Positions 38,944-52,525 of a stretch of DNA of 64,000 nt are shown here, in pieces; the stretch's first letter is position 1, and each line of letters begins with the position of its first letter. The notes under the pieces are model-generated. The model searched no databases. It saw only the letters and a list, made by a program, of their open reading frames with translations, and was not told the origin of the DNA. The position numbers were made by a program, and so were the translations under genes. Where the stretch lies: NCBI GenBank assembly GCA_004022145.1, contig RCNU01000019.1; one strand, written 5' to 3'. Source of the DNA: Paecilomyces variotii. Taxonomy: Eukaryota.

Positions 38944-39692
38944 GGCTTTTCTCATTCTCACCTTTGTATGTATTTGTATAATTAGGTCTTATTCGGTCGA
39001 TATCGGAGAGGAGTAATCCTTATCAGTAATCCTCATCGCTTGCTGCTGGCCAGTGGGATGTTGGACTACGTTAGATAAAAGTTGGGTTGCATACATCTAC
39101 GCACATCCACACTTGAGAGATCGTAGAACTGTAAACGGCTGTCATAATTTAGAACGCTTGCATAACTGTATATTGAACAAAAGTCTGCCAATGGTACCAT
39201 CACAACTTTCCGGTATAAGCCCTAATTGGCTGGCTGCGGGACTGTTCAGACTCTTTGCGACAGTACCACGCGGAATATACATATGATTGTGGCATACCAC
39301 ATTGCACGAGAGGAGAGTTAGTCTGGAAAAATGGTGCCACTTAGCATGTCTAGCGGCCCAGGTATCTAGTTCATCTGTTCTTCTAATGTGCACTAGACTG
39401 CTGCACATACTAAACATTTTGGTGTAAAAGAAAACCCGCGAGGTATCATCTGGAGACAGTAACAAAAGGAATCGACAGGATATGCCAAAAAAGAAAGCAA
39501 TAAGCAAATGCAGTAATAAGAGCCCTGGGTCGAGATCGGGCATCATATCCCACCCTTACTAGAAGGTACGGGCGATATGAAGAACAAGGAAAAAGGGGGA
39601 CTGCAGGTAACAGCACGGATCTACCACACTCATGATCTTGACAGGGGTATAATCAGTCGAACGGTATAAAAAAAGTGAATTCGCCCACCCAT

Positions 39693-41515
39693 CTAAGACG
39701 AGGACGAAGATGAGCCTGACGAGGCAGAGGCGGAGCGACTCCGATGGCTCGAGTCATGCTGATCACGATGCGGATGGCGCTCAGGGTCTTCGTTGTTAAA
39801 AGATTGCCCAAGGTTAAAATGATCCCCCATGCTGGTCGCAGGTGCAGAGATTATGTTCGGTACATTGCTTGTGCCACTGGCTCGAATACTGAAGGAGTGA
39901 CGCTCTGGTCTGCCGCTGTCGCTGACCGGAGAAAAGGTGTCGCCATGCCCCTCAGAGTTACCAATGGACTTGTATCTACCGCTTGCTGTCCCAACCTCCA
40001 GGGTACTACCAGTACTCATACGGCGTCGCACTGAACGGCCGGAGGCATCGGAACCGCGATGCTGACCGCGTTCCAGATTCTTCTGGGCCTCTTGACGCAT
40101 CGCAGATATTTTCATGTAATTGTAAGAGCCGATGCTGGCAATGGTCACAATCAGACCGGACACGTTGACGGGGGTTAGTTTGTCGTGGAAGATGACACCA
40201 GCGGCACTAATGGTGACCACTTCCTTGAATATACCGCAGATACTCAAGGTAACGACAGACGATCGTTTGAGGAGCGCGAATTCGGAGGCGATCATGCAGA
40301 ATGCGAGCACGCCCGGGAATATGAGGAGCAAAACACCCCCCACAGTCCCATGTGCAGCCGCGAGGGCCGCGAAGCCTCCCATAACGTCATGAGGACCTTC
40401 TACGGCCAACGCAATCAGAATCAGCGTAACGAACATAATGGGCGTCAGAAAGAACAGCGTCGAGAAAGGATTTGATGTCGCAGGGTGTCGGAGAAGGAGG
40501 ATCTGAGTCAGGCCCCATCGGAACCCGGAGAAGAAGGCAGAGGCGATGACCAACGCAAACCCGAGGGCATTGAACGCTGTCTCACCGGCGACCATCATGA
40601 CGACACCTGCAGTCATGGTCGCAATGATCAGGATCAGTTTGACGGAAGGCCTTTCAAGGCGGAAGACAAAGGCGAATAGGAGGACGAATGCGAGGGCGGA
40701 TGATTTGCACATCGTGAGAAAGGTGAGGGAGATGAATTTCAAGGACATGTTGCCTAGCCCGATATCGAGCGATGTGGCAGTACCGCACGGCAGCAGTCGC
40801 GTCGCGTAGAAGAGTTTCGTCATGATCGGTTTCGTATCGTGCGATCCATCTCCAACGGACTGAGGTTGAGGACGTAGAGACGGTATGAAGTAGAGGATAA
40901 TGGACGAAAAGGTGAATTGGACCAGCATGTGCAGACTGGTGGTGAAGAGAGGAAAGGGAAAGACAACCTTATCCTCCGAGAACATCCATTTGTTATACTG
41001 TAGGGGAAGAGTTGGTCAGATCAGTATCATGCCTGGAAAGACTGCGGAAACCGGAAGCAACTTACAATGGATATGGAGAGCGAAAAGAGGTACCACAAGC
41101 TGATCAGAGATGCATTGATAAGCAATCTTTTGACGACGTTCTTGTCCGCCAACGACTCCTGCTTTGATGCCTTCACGCCCGCGATTCGAGCGTCCAAGTG
41201 CCTGCGCTGCTTTTTCCTCTTCAGTCGCCTGTGGCTGCGTTCCTTGGCCGTCAGGCCCATCTCCTCATCATCCTGATCGTCATCGGACAGCGTCAATTCC
41301 TCACTCTCCGCAATCGACGACAGATCCGACGAATCTCTGCGGTCCGCCGTCAGCGGCTTCTGCTCCTCCATCCTGGAGGCATCTCCATCCCCGTAAGTGA
41401 ATCTGGGACTGTCCTCCTGGGGTTCCGCGTTGACTGGCCGGTATTGGGAGGGCCCTCCAGTCAGCACCGAACTCCGCCGCCTGTGGTGGCTACTCCCCGA
41501 CGGGGACAATCCCAT
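39693..41515 (-). CDS. Nucleotide-sugar / triose-phosphate transporter family protein (SLC35C2/Ymd8-like); one intron
   Basis: LWYLFSLSISI|YNKWMF, FPFPLFTTSLHM, LDIGLGNMSL, TMCKSS, SGFRWGLTQILL, GIFKEVVTI; many hydrophobic helices. Confidence 0.9.
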
Positions 41516-42095
41516 CCTGGCTGCCTGAGTCTATCTGGATCTCTAGAACATCAACGGCCCCATTGGGGAATGGCAACAGCGGGGGGCAATCGTAGGTACC
41601 GTAGAGACGGTCAGTCTGAGTGTCAGCTGGCTCGTGGAGATGAAGTCCGTCCTCCAAGGTCGCGTGAATGAATCCGTCCCGTCTGTCGGGCAGCCACCGA
41701 TCTGATGCGGCCACGACACGGTCACCACCAGCGCTGCCCTCAGGTGTCGAACACAGAAAGTAAGTAAGTAAGCAAGCAAGCTGGATCCAGCGAAACAGCC
41801 TCACGGAAGAGAACAGAGATGAGTTCCCAGGCCAGAGAAGACTGACCGGTCTCTTCTGTTCGAGTGCGGCTGAGAGAGAGACGAGCGACGCTAGGGGCCG
41901 ACGATCCGGGGGTGGCAGCTTCAGGCGGTGGACAGGATCTGATCGCCGGGCGGAAGACCGTGGATGCAGGGCAAAAGTGATCGACCCAGGGCAAGAAACA
42001 AGTGGACAAGGGAGAGACGCAGAAGAGAGAAGAAGGAAATCAATTCCAAGGGAGGGACAGGACGGGACTACACCGTCTGAGGAGATGAGATGAGA

Positions 42096-42108
42096 GGAAG
42101 CAGAAAGG

Positions 42109-42143
<35 letters not shown>
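42096..42143. repeat. GA-rich microsatellite
   Basis: (GA)n run in the divergent intergenic region between the transporter and GH15 genes. Confidence 0.8.
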
Positions 42144-42144
<1 letters not shown>

Positions 42145-42658
42145 CGGGCGCGTGAGGAGTGTTTCAACCCGTCTCCTTACCGTCGCTCTTAGCGCTTGTC
42201 TATCTATCAGATGAAATCGTCAACCCCCCTCAGTTTCTATCTAATTAACTACTATCTAATTATTGTTCGTTATCCGATTCCAGCATAGCAGAGCTTCCAG
42301 CCAGCTCCAGAGCAACTCAATGGCCCTTGGGTCTACGGTTCCCTTAAACGCTCTCATCCATGGATCTGGCTCATTTCTGGTCGTCTTGTCCGGCCATCGA
42401 CACCATGACCTCAGGTATGCTGCCGGCATCATCATCATCATTGTTGTCATCATGGCAATTGGGTCATTGCAACTCCGTATGCAGCTGGTTTCTGTTTAAT
42501 AGAGCGCGCCAACCTGGCATCGACTTTCTCCAGCTGCTCCATCCAACTCCACTCCTGTGCAAGATCGCTGCTAGTGCTGAGATCACTCCATACTCTCTCT
42601 AGTCTCTTCCTCCACGACTGTATGATATCACCATCTGTCCAGACCGGTCGGGATCGCC

Positions 42659-44886
42659 ATGGCAAAAGAAGCTGGATACAGTGCCATTGAGGACTATGGC
42701 ATTATCGGGGACATGCACACATGTGCTCTGGTTGGCAAGAATGGCAGCCTGGATTTCATGTGCTGGCCCGTCTTTGATTCGCCCTCAGTCTTCTGCCGTC
42801 TCCTGGATAAGGACAAAGGCGGATGGTTCTCTATCAATCCGGATCCCAAGCTCACCCCAATCGGGAAGCAGAGGTATCTCCCTTACACCAACATGCTCGA
42901 AACCCGTTGGATCGACGAGACTGGGGTCATCAACTTGTTAGACTATTTCCCCGTCTCGTCCCACAAGTCGCCCCAGTCCGATAAACATCTCTCGGGGTAC
43001 TGTCCCTGCAGAGAGGCAGGCGCCAATCTTTTCAAATCGGGTCTACGCCATTCGGGCGTGATCCGCAAAGTCGAATGCGGCAGAGGATCGATGGACGTGG
43101 AAGCCGAGCTGTTCCCCGCGTTCAACTATGCGCGCGACTCTCACATCGCTCGCTGCAGCCTGAACGACGACGTCGCCAACCATCGTCTCCAAACAATCCA
43201 TTTTGAGAGCCCCTCGGAAAGGTTGCAAGTACAGATCTTTATCGACAGCAAGGAGCCTGGCCAGTCCGGTTTTCCCAAGGTCCACTTCGAGATGCAGAAC
43301 CGGCCTGGAATAAACGGGCGCGGGCTCTCTGCCAAGTTCCATATCAGCGAAGGCCAGTCCATCACGTTTGTCGTCCACAGTCCTGAGAAGGCCATCCCGG
43401 GCGAGAACATCGTGGGCCCTTACCTCAATAGGCTGGAGCAAGAGACCTTTGACTACTGGACCGACTGGACCAGGAAGTGCACCTTCAGAGGTCACTACCG
43501 CGAACAGGTCGAGCGGAGTTTGCTCGTATTGAAGCTGTTGACATATAGGCCTACAGGGGCTATCGTAGCGGCACCAACTTTCTCACTGCCTGAAAATATA
43601 GGTGGTACCCGTAACTGGGATTATCGTTATTCATGGGTCCGTGATACGTCTTTCACCCTGTACGTCTTCCTGAAGATGGGCTACGATGAGGAGGCGGAGT
43701 CCTATATTTCCTTCATCTTCGATCGGATCTTTCCATCAGAAAGCGCCCAGGTCCTGTTTGAAGGCCATCGACCGTTTCTTCCAATCATGTTCACGATCAG
43801 GGGCGAGTACGAAATCCCCGAGGAAGAGCTCACTCACATGGAGGGCTACAAAGGAAGCCGGCCGGTGAGAATCGGTAACGCGGCAGCTTTCCACACCCAG
43901 CTTGATATCTATGGCGAGCTTCTCGATAGTATCTATCTGTATAATAAGCACGGAAATCCGATCTCTTACGATCAATGGTTGGCGGTCCGCCGCATGGTCA
44001 ACTACGTCGTGGACGTCCGCCATGAGAAGGACATGTCCATCTGGGAAGTTCGTGGTATGTCACAGAACTTCGTCTACTCCAAGGTCCTGTTATGGGTCGC
44101 TCTGGATCGTGCACTGCGCCTGGCTGATAAGCGCTCCAGTCTTCCCTGCCCTGACCGGGGCGAGTGGCTGCGGGTTCGCGATGAGCTGTACGATGAGATC
44201 ATGGAGAAAGGCTACAACAAGGAGGAAGGCTACTTCTGCCAGAGCTACGAGAACAAGGCCGTCCTGGACGCTGCGCTTTTGATCATGCCGCTCGTGTTCT
44301 TCCTGCCAGCTAATGACAACCGCTTCCTGAGCACGTTGGAGAAAATTTTGGCACCGCCGGAGAAGGGCGGTCTGACAAGTGCAAGAATGGTGTTCAGATA
44401 TGACCATACTAAGGCCAACGATGGTAAGCTTCTTTCTAAACCGAGCTCGTGTGATGGGTGGCTTTCTCAGCCCTACGAGGCTGTAGCTTCGTCGCATCTG
44501 GCTACAACAATGTATTTCTTCTGACTTGTGTGTGAATCTCGACAGGCGTTGGCGGGCGAGAAGGTGCCTTCATTATGATCACTTTCTGGGCCATTGAGTG
44601 CATGATCCGCGTAAGTAATCTCGAGGGAGCTGCTGCAAGTTGTCGTAACTAACTTTTGGCATCCCAGGCCGCAAAATACCACTCCAGTATCCCGAGTTAT
44701 GCAAACCTCCAAAAGACCGCTCTGGCACACTTCGACAATGTTCTCTCTTTTGCCAATCATCTGGGCATGTTCTCTGAAGAAGTGGCCGTCTCGGGAGAAC
44801 AGATGGGAAATGCACCCCAAGCTTTCAGTCATCTAGCATGCGTCAGCGCGGCAATCAACCTAGGAAGGGGCGGCGGTGAGGATTAG
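42659..44886 (+). CDS. Glycoside hydrolase family 15 (trehalase-like / bacterial-type architecture); 2 introns near the 3' end
   Basis: IEDYGIIGDMHTCALV...CWPVFDSPSVF N-terminal domain, GAIVAAPTFSLPE, RNWDYRYSWVRD, QLDIYGE, SIWEVRG, FSEE...GNAPQAFSH. Confidence 0.92.
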
Positions 44887-47335
44887 AAGCCTTGACAATC
44901 TTGTCGTTTGCATCTTCTGGTTCTTCAGCTACGGCCTTGGATAATGTACCAGAGCATGGCTGCCGGGCCAGATCACACCCTCCAGCATACTTCAGTACTT
45001 CACTAGATCGACATGGCTCTCTCCAGGACTATAAAAGCTATTAGACGTCTATAATACTTTGTGAACGTTTCCCTACTGGCCAGAAGTCTCGTCATTCCAT
45101 GGCGTAGGGGATCCAGCGTTTGGAACACCACTGGATAACAATAAGTATGTCCAAGAATAGTGGTCCCTTGACGGCCCCATGAATAGGAGACTGCTCGTGG
45201 CTCGGTTCCAGGATAGGCTTTCGAGTTATCCTGGATCTGCCATGCGCCAGCCGGTATCTAGTGAGGAGAGTTTGGTCGGGTCTCCCGCGGACCATTGTAC
45301 AGGTATGAGGTCGTCCCATGTTACACTAACCTCTTTCCAGGTCTATAACAAGCCTTTATTCAAAACTCAACACAGGCCCCGTACCAAGGTAACTGACCTG
45401 TGGCTTGCGTGAGCTTAAGTAAATGTCAGCGTCCGCCTAGGTGTTGGCACAGATCCTACTGGCTGCTGCAAGAGCCTTTTTCTTTGTTCGACAATGCTGC
45501 GGGACACGAACCACTGTGCCATTTGATATCTCTTGCATGCGTCCAAGGCCGGCTGACGGTGCCGTCCGGTCCAGGCCAGTATCTAAAGTGATTCCAGTGT
45601 AACCTATGGAACCGGCTTGCCATCTGAGAGGGTCGCGGAAGCTCACGGCATCGCAGGGGGCGGAAACCAGACGAGAATCGGTCCGATTTAAGATCTTTCG
45701 GAAGATCGTGCCCGGATGTCTGTAGTCCGACTTGGAAAGGTCTTTATAATATGCTGTGTCGTCCATTTGATTGTTTACTAATCTACAGCTTACAGGCCAG
45801 AACGTACTAATGCATTCCGAGTCCTTAACTTCAGCATCTGAGAATATCGAAGAAAAGAAACACAACCGATTGCTAGAATAGATGCTAGAATGAGCTAACC
45901 TAACCCTTCATTGCGGTTTGACAGCAGACAATGCCAGATAGAATTCGGGATGACGCAATAGGAGTCTTCTCTCTTATCGCGAAATAAGCTAACTAGACAT
46001 TGCCTCACAGGATAGTATCGCAATAAAAGGATCTCTATATCACCTATTATATCATATCGTAGAGATAAACATCTACCTCGAACAAGAGTTCCAGTTTCTT
46101 CCATTTCATCTCAATCCACGGACAAAGCGCGACATTGCATCAGGTCACACGTCACCCTGACATCGGATCTCTGAAGCCTAACTTGCATCAGCTGTGTATA
46201 ACTACCACTAAACAAGTAAAGAGAGTTCTGGACTACTTTCTCAGAATACTGTACTAACTACACATAATACTCCCTACAAATATTAAACATCTGAATAGAT
46301 AGATATACTACCATAGTCACTATCAACATAAATTAATAAATCATGTCCATACTCATATCTTATCATACTCTACTCTACTCTACCATTTACACGCTGTCAG
46401 CTATTAACTACCCCCCCACCCCTCCCCTTTTTAATTCCGCCCCTTTTGGCAACCAGACAAGGCAATTGAATCGAATCGAATCGAATCCGGTACCCATCAT
46501 ACCATAAGTTACGAGTAATGTTATTCGGAATCTTGCTGATTCTAGTTCCTTCTATTTCATACTACACTAGAGGTAATGCGTCGTTTCGTCTAGTTTTGTT
46601 CCCAGTACGCCGGGGGGTGGAGTGGTGTAATAAATATTATTTACCGTACGTGGTGTTCTGATTTAAGGTTTATATATCGTGGGGGGGGGGGAGGCGTGGG
46701 GGAATTGTTCTGCATTGTTAAAACTTAGGGAGGGACGTGGGAGAGTGGGATAGTGTCTTTTTCTTTGTTTAAATTTGTATTACTGATGTGTACAGTGTAG
46801 ATGTCTGATATGCTGTATTTGGGACCGGGTTGGGTTGATAGGAAGGAGGAGGTTGATAATTGTTCATGTGATAGTGTATTCAAGTGTCAGTTTGTTCTAG
46901 ATGGGTTATGGCTGTCGGATTACTTGAGTTGCATAGTTGACTCCATCTACGAACGAATAAATATTCACTAGTTATATTTTTCATTGATATGTTACCTAGA
47001 CAAAAGGTCCTGTCCTGCACCTGAGTTCTCCGGGTCCTCATGGATTGCATAACCCTGTTGGCGTTCCCTTATACATAAGACATTCCTTCATGATGGCGAT
47101 CCGACATGATCCAAGCATGATCACCTGCTATTCCCGTCCCAGAACTCTCATCCATTTCTAGTCTCAAGTTCTGCGTCAGGTTTGCAATTGACCCCACGGT
47201 GTCTGGGATCTCACGCTGCCCCAAACTCAGCAGCAGCAAAGCTGGTCTGATATTGCATATCGCCCTTCCACTGACTTCGGCGCCCAGACCTCTGCAAAGT
47301 AGCCTTCGGTGCCTGTCGATCTTATACCTGTGAGA

Positions 47336-48360
47336 TCATCCACCTTTTCTCTGCCCAACAGCTCCGGATCCTGCCGCAGCGCCCGCATGGTTCCCCCCAG
47401 CAATAGAATTCCGTGAATCCTTGTTCGGGACACCTCGTGCTGCGCCCGCGTTCCGAGGAAAGTTGTTCGAGTTTCCAATCGCAGCACTGGCGTTGCGGAG
47501 TTCAATCTTTTTACGCTCCATCTCGAGCTGTTCGGGGGCATATAATTAGCATGACTTCATATAAGTACCGCAAGGGACGAGGTATACATACAACTTTACG
47601 AACTCGTGCCAGCGCGGCTACATCCCCTGCTACCAATGGCCGGCAGTGATCCACCGTGTAGGGCTTGGAAATCACGACCGCATCAGCGACGACTATGCTG
47701 GTGCCGTCCCACCTGGCAGGCATCGTCCGACTGAACGCATCGAAGAGATCTTGCGCCTCTCGACTCACTCCTTTGCCCCGTCGCGCCTCCCGCTCCTGGA
47801 GCTTCGCGACAGCGTTCGCCTCACGGGTCTTCAGAGCACGGAGGTCCAGGGCATGGAGCGGAGGGTAAGCATCCGTGAACGAGGGTCCATCGGAGCTAGT
47901 GGAAGATGGAGCCAGGGATAGGAGCTGGAAGGACTGGATTCGAGACACCGGGATGATATGATAGTCACCGGCTAGGCTGGCATTTGAGGCGTTGATTGGG
48001 GTGGGAGGAGGCGTGGACGTATTGATGGCGACGAGGTTCGTGATAGGATCAGTAGTGAAGAGGATACCTTCCAGGGTAGAAGCCGTTGGAGGCGCGGTGG
48101 TGATACGGACACTATGTCAACTTGTCAGTAATCGAAGCATATCCCATTCTCCGCATGCGCAAGTTGAGACACGCGGGGAGGTTTCTGATACGTCAACTGC
48201 CCACGAAATCAAGGATGTAGACTTACCGCGCACCGATTGCACCGCTCAATGCCACATCTAAGGGCACCATGGCCGCATTAACGCCAGGGCCTGCGGCAGC
48301 CACAGCTGGTGCCTGCGCTTGCGGCTTCCCTCCGACACTCTGCCGCTTGTTTTCCGCCAT
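47336..48360 (-). CDS. lsm12: Lsm12-like protein (LSm domain plus anticodon-binding-like C-terminal domain); 2 introns
   Basis: IGAR|VRITT...LEGILFTTDPITNLVAI LSm fold; GKGVSREAQDLFDAFSRTMPARWDGTSIVVADAVVISKPY...LARVRKV. Confidence 0.8.
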
Positions 48361-49333
48361 TGGAATGTCTCCAGAACCAGCTCTATACCGACAAGCGAGG
48401 ACAGGTCCAATAAGATGGCCAATCCGCCGGAAAGAAACAATATCACTTGGTCAAAAGCCCGATGACAGCTGTCGGTCTCACACCATAGAGATCCGCACTG
48501 GGACGAGAGATGCCGCCGCTTCGAAACCTAACAAGCCTCGTATATCCTTCGTCTAGCGTCCTCCTGGAAATACTCCAGTAGACAGAGCTCCCTATCTCTG
48601 CACCTTAACTGGAGGTTGCCTGCTGTCCCTGGAGCACCTGCAAAAGGGGGGGCAGTGAATCAGATGAGCACCTAAGCTAAAAAGAGCGACGATTGAATGG
48701 CACAACAAAGAAACAAGAACCAGAAGGCTAATAGAAACCAGCACTGCACATAAGAAAAAGGAAGAAGAACAAGATGCCTTCCGGGGGCCACCGATATCCG
48801 TGCCGCTGCGAAGGATCGTGAGGTCGGCAGGAGGATGTTGGACCAACGTAGTAATAATGATGGGAACTGCGGACGTTTCGATGTTGGACCAGGTGTCCCG
48901 ATGCAGACTAGCGCATCCGCCGATGCATTCATTCATTCACCCCGACTTTCGACGGGTCAAAGGCAATAAAATACATTATGATTATAATAAATATTATTAT
49001 TATCAGCTTCCATGATTACAAGAGAATCGGAGCTTCATTCATTCAGCTAGCTTTTTACTTCCAGAAACCATTTCTTACAACTGCCAAACATCATGGCCCC
49101 CGGTTCATCTCGTTTACCGTGGAAGATCTTCATCCGACGCGTCCCAGACCAGAACGCGCTACCCAATATGATTGCATCTAATTAAATACACGCAACAGTC
49201 GTACTCGAATTTTACCATAATTAATTCCGTTTTCATCATGTCACTACCCATCGCAGGTGGAGCGGGGTGTATGCGTTAGACCGCGCTGACTGCGTCCTCA
49301 TCCAGTGAAACGCATCATCGTGCGGCTGTCCGC

Positions 49334-51272
49334 TTAAGCAATGTAGGTCGAGGCAGACACGTTGCCACCCCGGCCGGTCCAGTTGACGTGGATGTCCTTG
49401 CCCTCGGGGAAGGTCGCGCTGGCAAACTCGGGCTTGATACGGAAGGTGTGAGCACCGAAGTAGTCACGCTGAGCCTGCAGCAGGTTGGCGGGCAGGTCCT
49501 TGGTGCGGTAGCCGTCGTAGAAGCTCAGCGCGGTGGCGAAGGCCGGGACGGGGATACCCCAGAGAGCAGCCTTGCTGACAACGTTTCTCCAGCCGCTCTG
49601 GGCATTGTGGATGGCCTTGGTGAAGAACTCGTCGAACAGCAGGTTCTCGAGTTCGGGGTTCTTGCGGTAGGCGTTGGTGATGTCCTTCAGGAAGACAGAG
49701 CGGATAATGCAACCGCCACGCCACATGAGAGCGATGGAGGGCTTGTTCAGCTTCCAGCCGTACTCCTTGGCAGCCTATTTAGAAAAAGACAGCGTCAGCA
49801 GATGATCCGGATCGAATATGACAGTCAACACTTACGTTCTGGATCAGCATGAAACCCTGAGCATAGGAGATGATCTTGGAAGCATAGAGGGCCTGCTCGA
49901 GGTCGTCGATGAAGGCCTGCTTGTCACCCTCGAACTTGGGAGAGGGACCCTCGAGGATCTTGCTGGCACGGCCACGCTCGTCCTTGAGGGAACTGAGGCA
50001 ACGGGAAAAGACGGCCTCGCCAATCAGAGTGACGGGCATTCCCAGGTCGAGGGCGTTGATGGCAGTCCACTTTCCGGTACCCTTCTGACCGGCCTTGTCA
50101 AGGATCTTCTCGACGAGAGGAGTGCCATCGTCGTCGTTGTAGCGGAGGACATCACGGGTGATTTCGATCAAGAACGAGTCCAGGACACCCTTGTTCCACT
50201 TGTCGAAAACGTCACCCATCTCCTTGCTGCTCAGACCGAGGCCACGCTTCAGGATGTCGTATGCCTGCAGAATATGTCAGTGCGCAGTTCGTGCAGATAC
50301 ATGTCCCATGTCTACCCACCTCACAGATCAGCTGCATGTCACCGTACTCAATACCGTTGTGGACCATCTTGACATAGTGACCAGCACCCTCGTCTCCGAC
50401 CCAGTCACAGCATGCCTCACCGTCACTCTTGGCGGCAATGCTCTGGAAGACATCCTTGATGTAGGGCCAGGCCTCCTCGTTACCACCGGGCATCAGAGAG
50501 GGACCGTAACGGGCACCCTCCTCACCTCCGGAGACACCGGTGCCGACGAAACGGATGCCCTTCTCAGCCAGGTACTTGGCACGGCGGTTGGAGTCGGGGA
50601 AGTGGGAGTTACCACCGTCGATGATGATGTCTCCCTTCTCAATGTGGGGCAGAATCTGCTCGATGAAGTCGTCGACGGGCTTACCAGCCATGACCAGCAG
50701 CATGATGCGGCGAGGCTTCTTCAGCTTGGCGCACAAGTCCGCGACGGAGTGAGCACCGATGATGGACTTGCCTGTCGGGGGTGTCAGCTCCGCAGGACAG
50801 GGGGAGATCTGGGCTATCAGTCCACCTACCCTTGGCCTCGTTTTCGAGGAAGCGGTCGACCTTGGCAACGGTACGGTTGTAGGCGACGACGGTGAAGCCG
50901 TGGTCAGCGGCGTTCAGGATCAGGTTCTGACCCATGACGGCCAGACCGATGAGGCCGAAATCACCACTGGGATACGGCGCCGGGATGCCGACATTGATGC
51001 CGGCAAGACGGGCGCTATAGTCAGCCGTATGTCCTCATGTCAATAAATCCGAGAGCATGGAGGACCCGGGTAGCATGACGACGCTGCCCCGGAGCCACAG
51101 CATTCACAGCATCTACAATGACTACCGCAGCTCATGCTGAACCCGTTGCAGAAGCATTGGGAGCTTGCACGGACTTGTCTTGCGGCGTTCTGCACTGCTG
51201 GATTGATGTGACACACCGCGGGGTATTTGTCGAGGGACGGCGGGGAAGTACTCACGTAGCTTGGTCAGCCAT
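49334..51272 (-). CDS. gndA: 6-phosphogluconate dehydrogenase, decarboxylating; multi-exon
   Basis: DFGLIGLAVMGQNL, IDGGNSHF, GVSGGEEGARYGPS, VKMVHNGIEYGDMQ, AGQKGTGKWT, LQAQRDYFGAHT; strongly biased codon usage. Confidence 0.97.
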
Positions 51273-52525
51273 GACGACAGAATATGTTAATCCAGATGCA
51301 AGCTTCCACAGGGAGGTTCGAGTCGCAGATGCTGCAGAGTCACTCTACAGAAACGCGGAGGGGGTCTAATGGGAGATGGGATGATGATGAGGATGGAGAG
51401 AAAAGGCCTGAAGAAAAAAAAGAGAGAGGGAGTGAGCGGAGGAGGGAGCAGAAGAAAAGGAATAACTAAACGCTCGGGGGGGCTGATGACGGAGCAAGAC
51501 GAGCCTCGTCCGTTGCCGGTACGGTTCTTTTCGCTCTGTACGGCGTTACGGTGAACGTTCCGTCATGGTGGGACGGCCGGTTGGGGCGGGGCAGCAGGAG
51601 TACTGTGGTCCGGCTGTCTGGCCGCTGGACGGGGGAGAATGGAAGAAAAGACGCTGATATTATAAATCTACAGAGTCGCGCGATGCTGTCGCTACCGATT
51701 GATGCCACATACGGGCTATCTCGTGGTGGTGACTGTGTTCAACGCTGCCAATATGAAATGGAATCGCGAGATGCGAACTCATACGATGGCGGGGCAGAAG
51801 AGGGAAGCTCCCGGTGAAGCAGTCGGCATCGAAGACTGTATTAATTAAGCAAAGGTAGCGTCACAGCCTGTAATGCCAGCCGGTAATTAATCTTGCAGTC
51901 CATCAGCAATAACTAGTTAGTTCAGTTCAGTTATTATTATTATTATTTAATTACCTATCCAGAAGATGCAGCTTAGCTTAGTTAACTTACTACACGGTGA
52001 ATCAATAATATAATAATAATAATATCATATAATACTCTTGACATAGTTTCCAGCAATAACTTACTACTAACTAGTACTACCTAGTGATATCACTGCTTGT
52101 GGAGGGGAAGTCTGACACCCTGCTTAGTCAGGCCTGCTTGGCCCAGACTCTGCTGACTCATCCCGCTTGGCGTGCAACCTCAACCTCAAGTCACCTGGAC
52201 GATTCCTCAATTTCGATCGCATTCATCAGCTTTCCTATCCTATCCCGCCTGCACGGGGCCCATCACCCCTGGAGTGAGACATCTGTCTTCACGTAAGCCT
52301 TTGCTTTTTTTTACACGCACGGAGTTATCCTGTCACCCCATCGACTCCCAACTTGTCACCGTTCGTGTGGCTGGCGTTCCCTCGTGGTCGAGAAGTTCTC
52401 TCAGGTGTGACGTCTGGCGTAGGCTCGCTGCGCCCAGTCAGGGCCTGAAGGTACGTGTTTTTGCTGCCAGTTGCATCCTCACACGGCGCATCAAATCCGT
52501 CTTCTGCTCGAACCGTCCATTCATC

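Noticed and set aside
41490-42167. 225-aa - strand ORF upstream of the transporter
   Set aside because: Non-ATG start, runs through a (CT)n microsatellite and has no recognisable domain; likely 5' UTR or promoter.
45437-45766. Isocitrate lyase/PEP mutase-like or HET-domain remnant
   Set aside because: Only a few residues resemble either family and no catalytic motif is present.
45895-45907. Telomere-like CTAACC(C) words (also near 26880)
   Set aside because: Two imperfect units only; expected by chance.
49388-51046. Long + strand ORFs (154-245 aa) opposite gndA
   Set aside because: Antisense shadows caused by the strong codon bias of a highly expressed gene; the same applies to ORFs opposite pol5, bub1, GH15 and the RRM gene.
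52172-52525. 118-aa N-terminal extension of the RRM protein from a GTG start
   Set aside because: Non-ATG start and UTR-like composition; the ATG at 52526 has good context.
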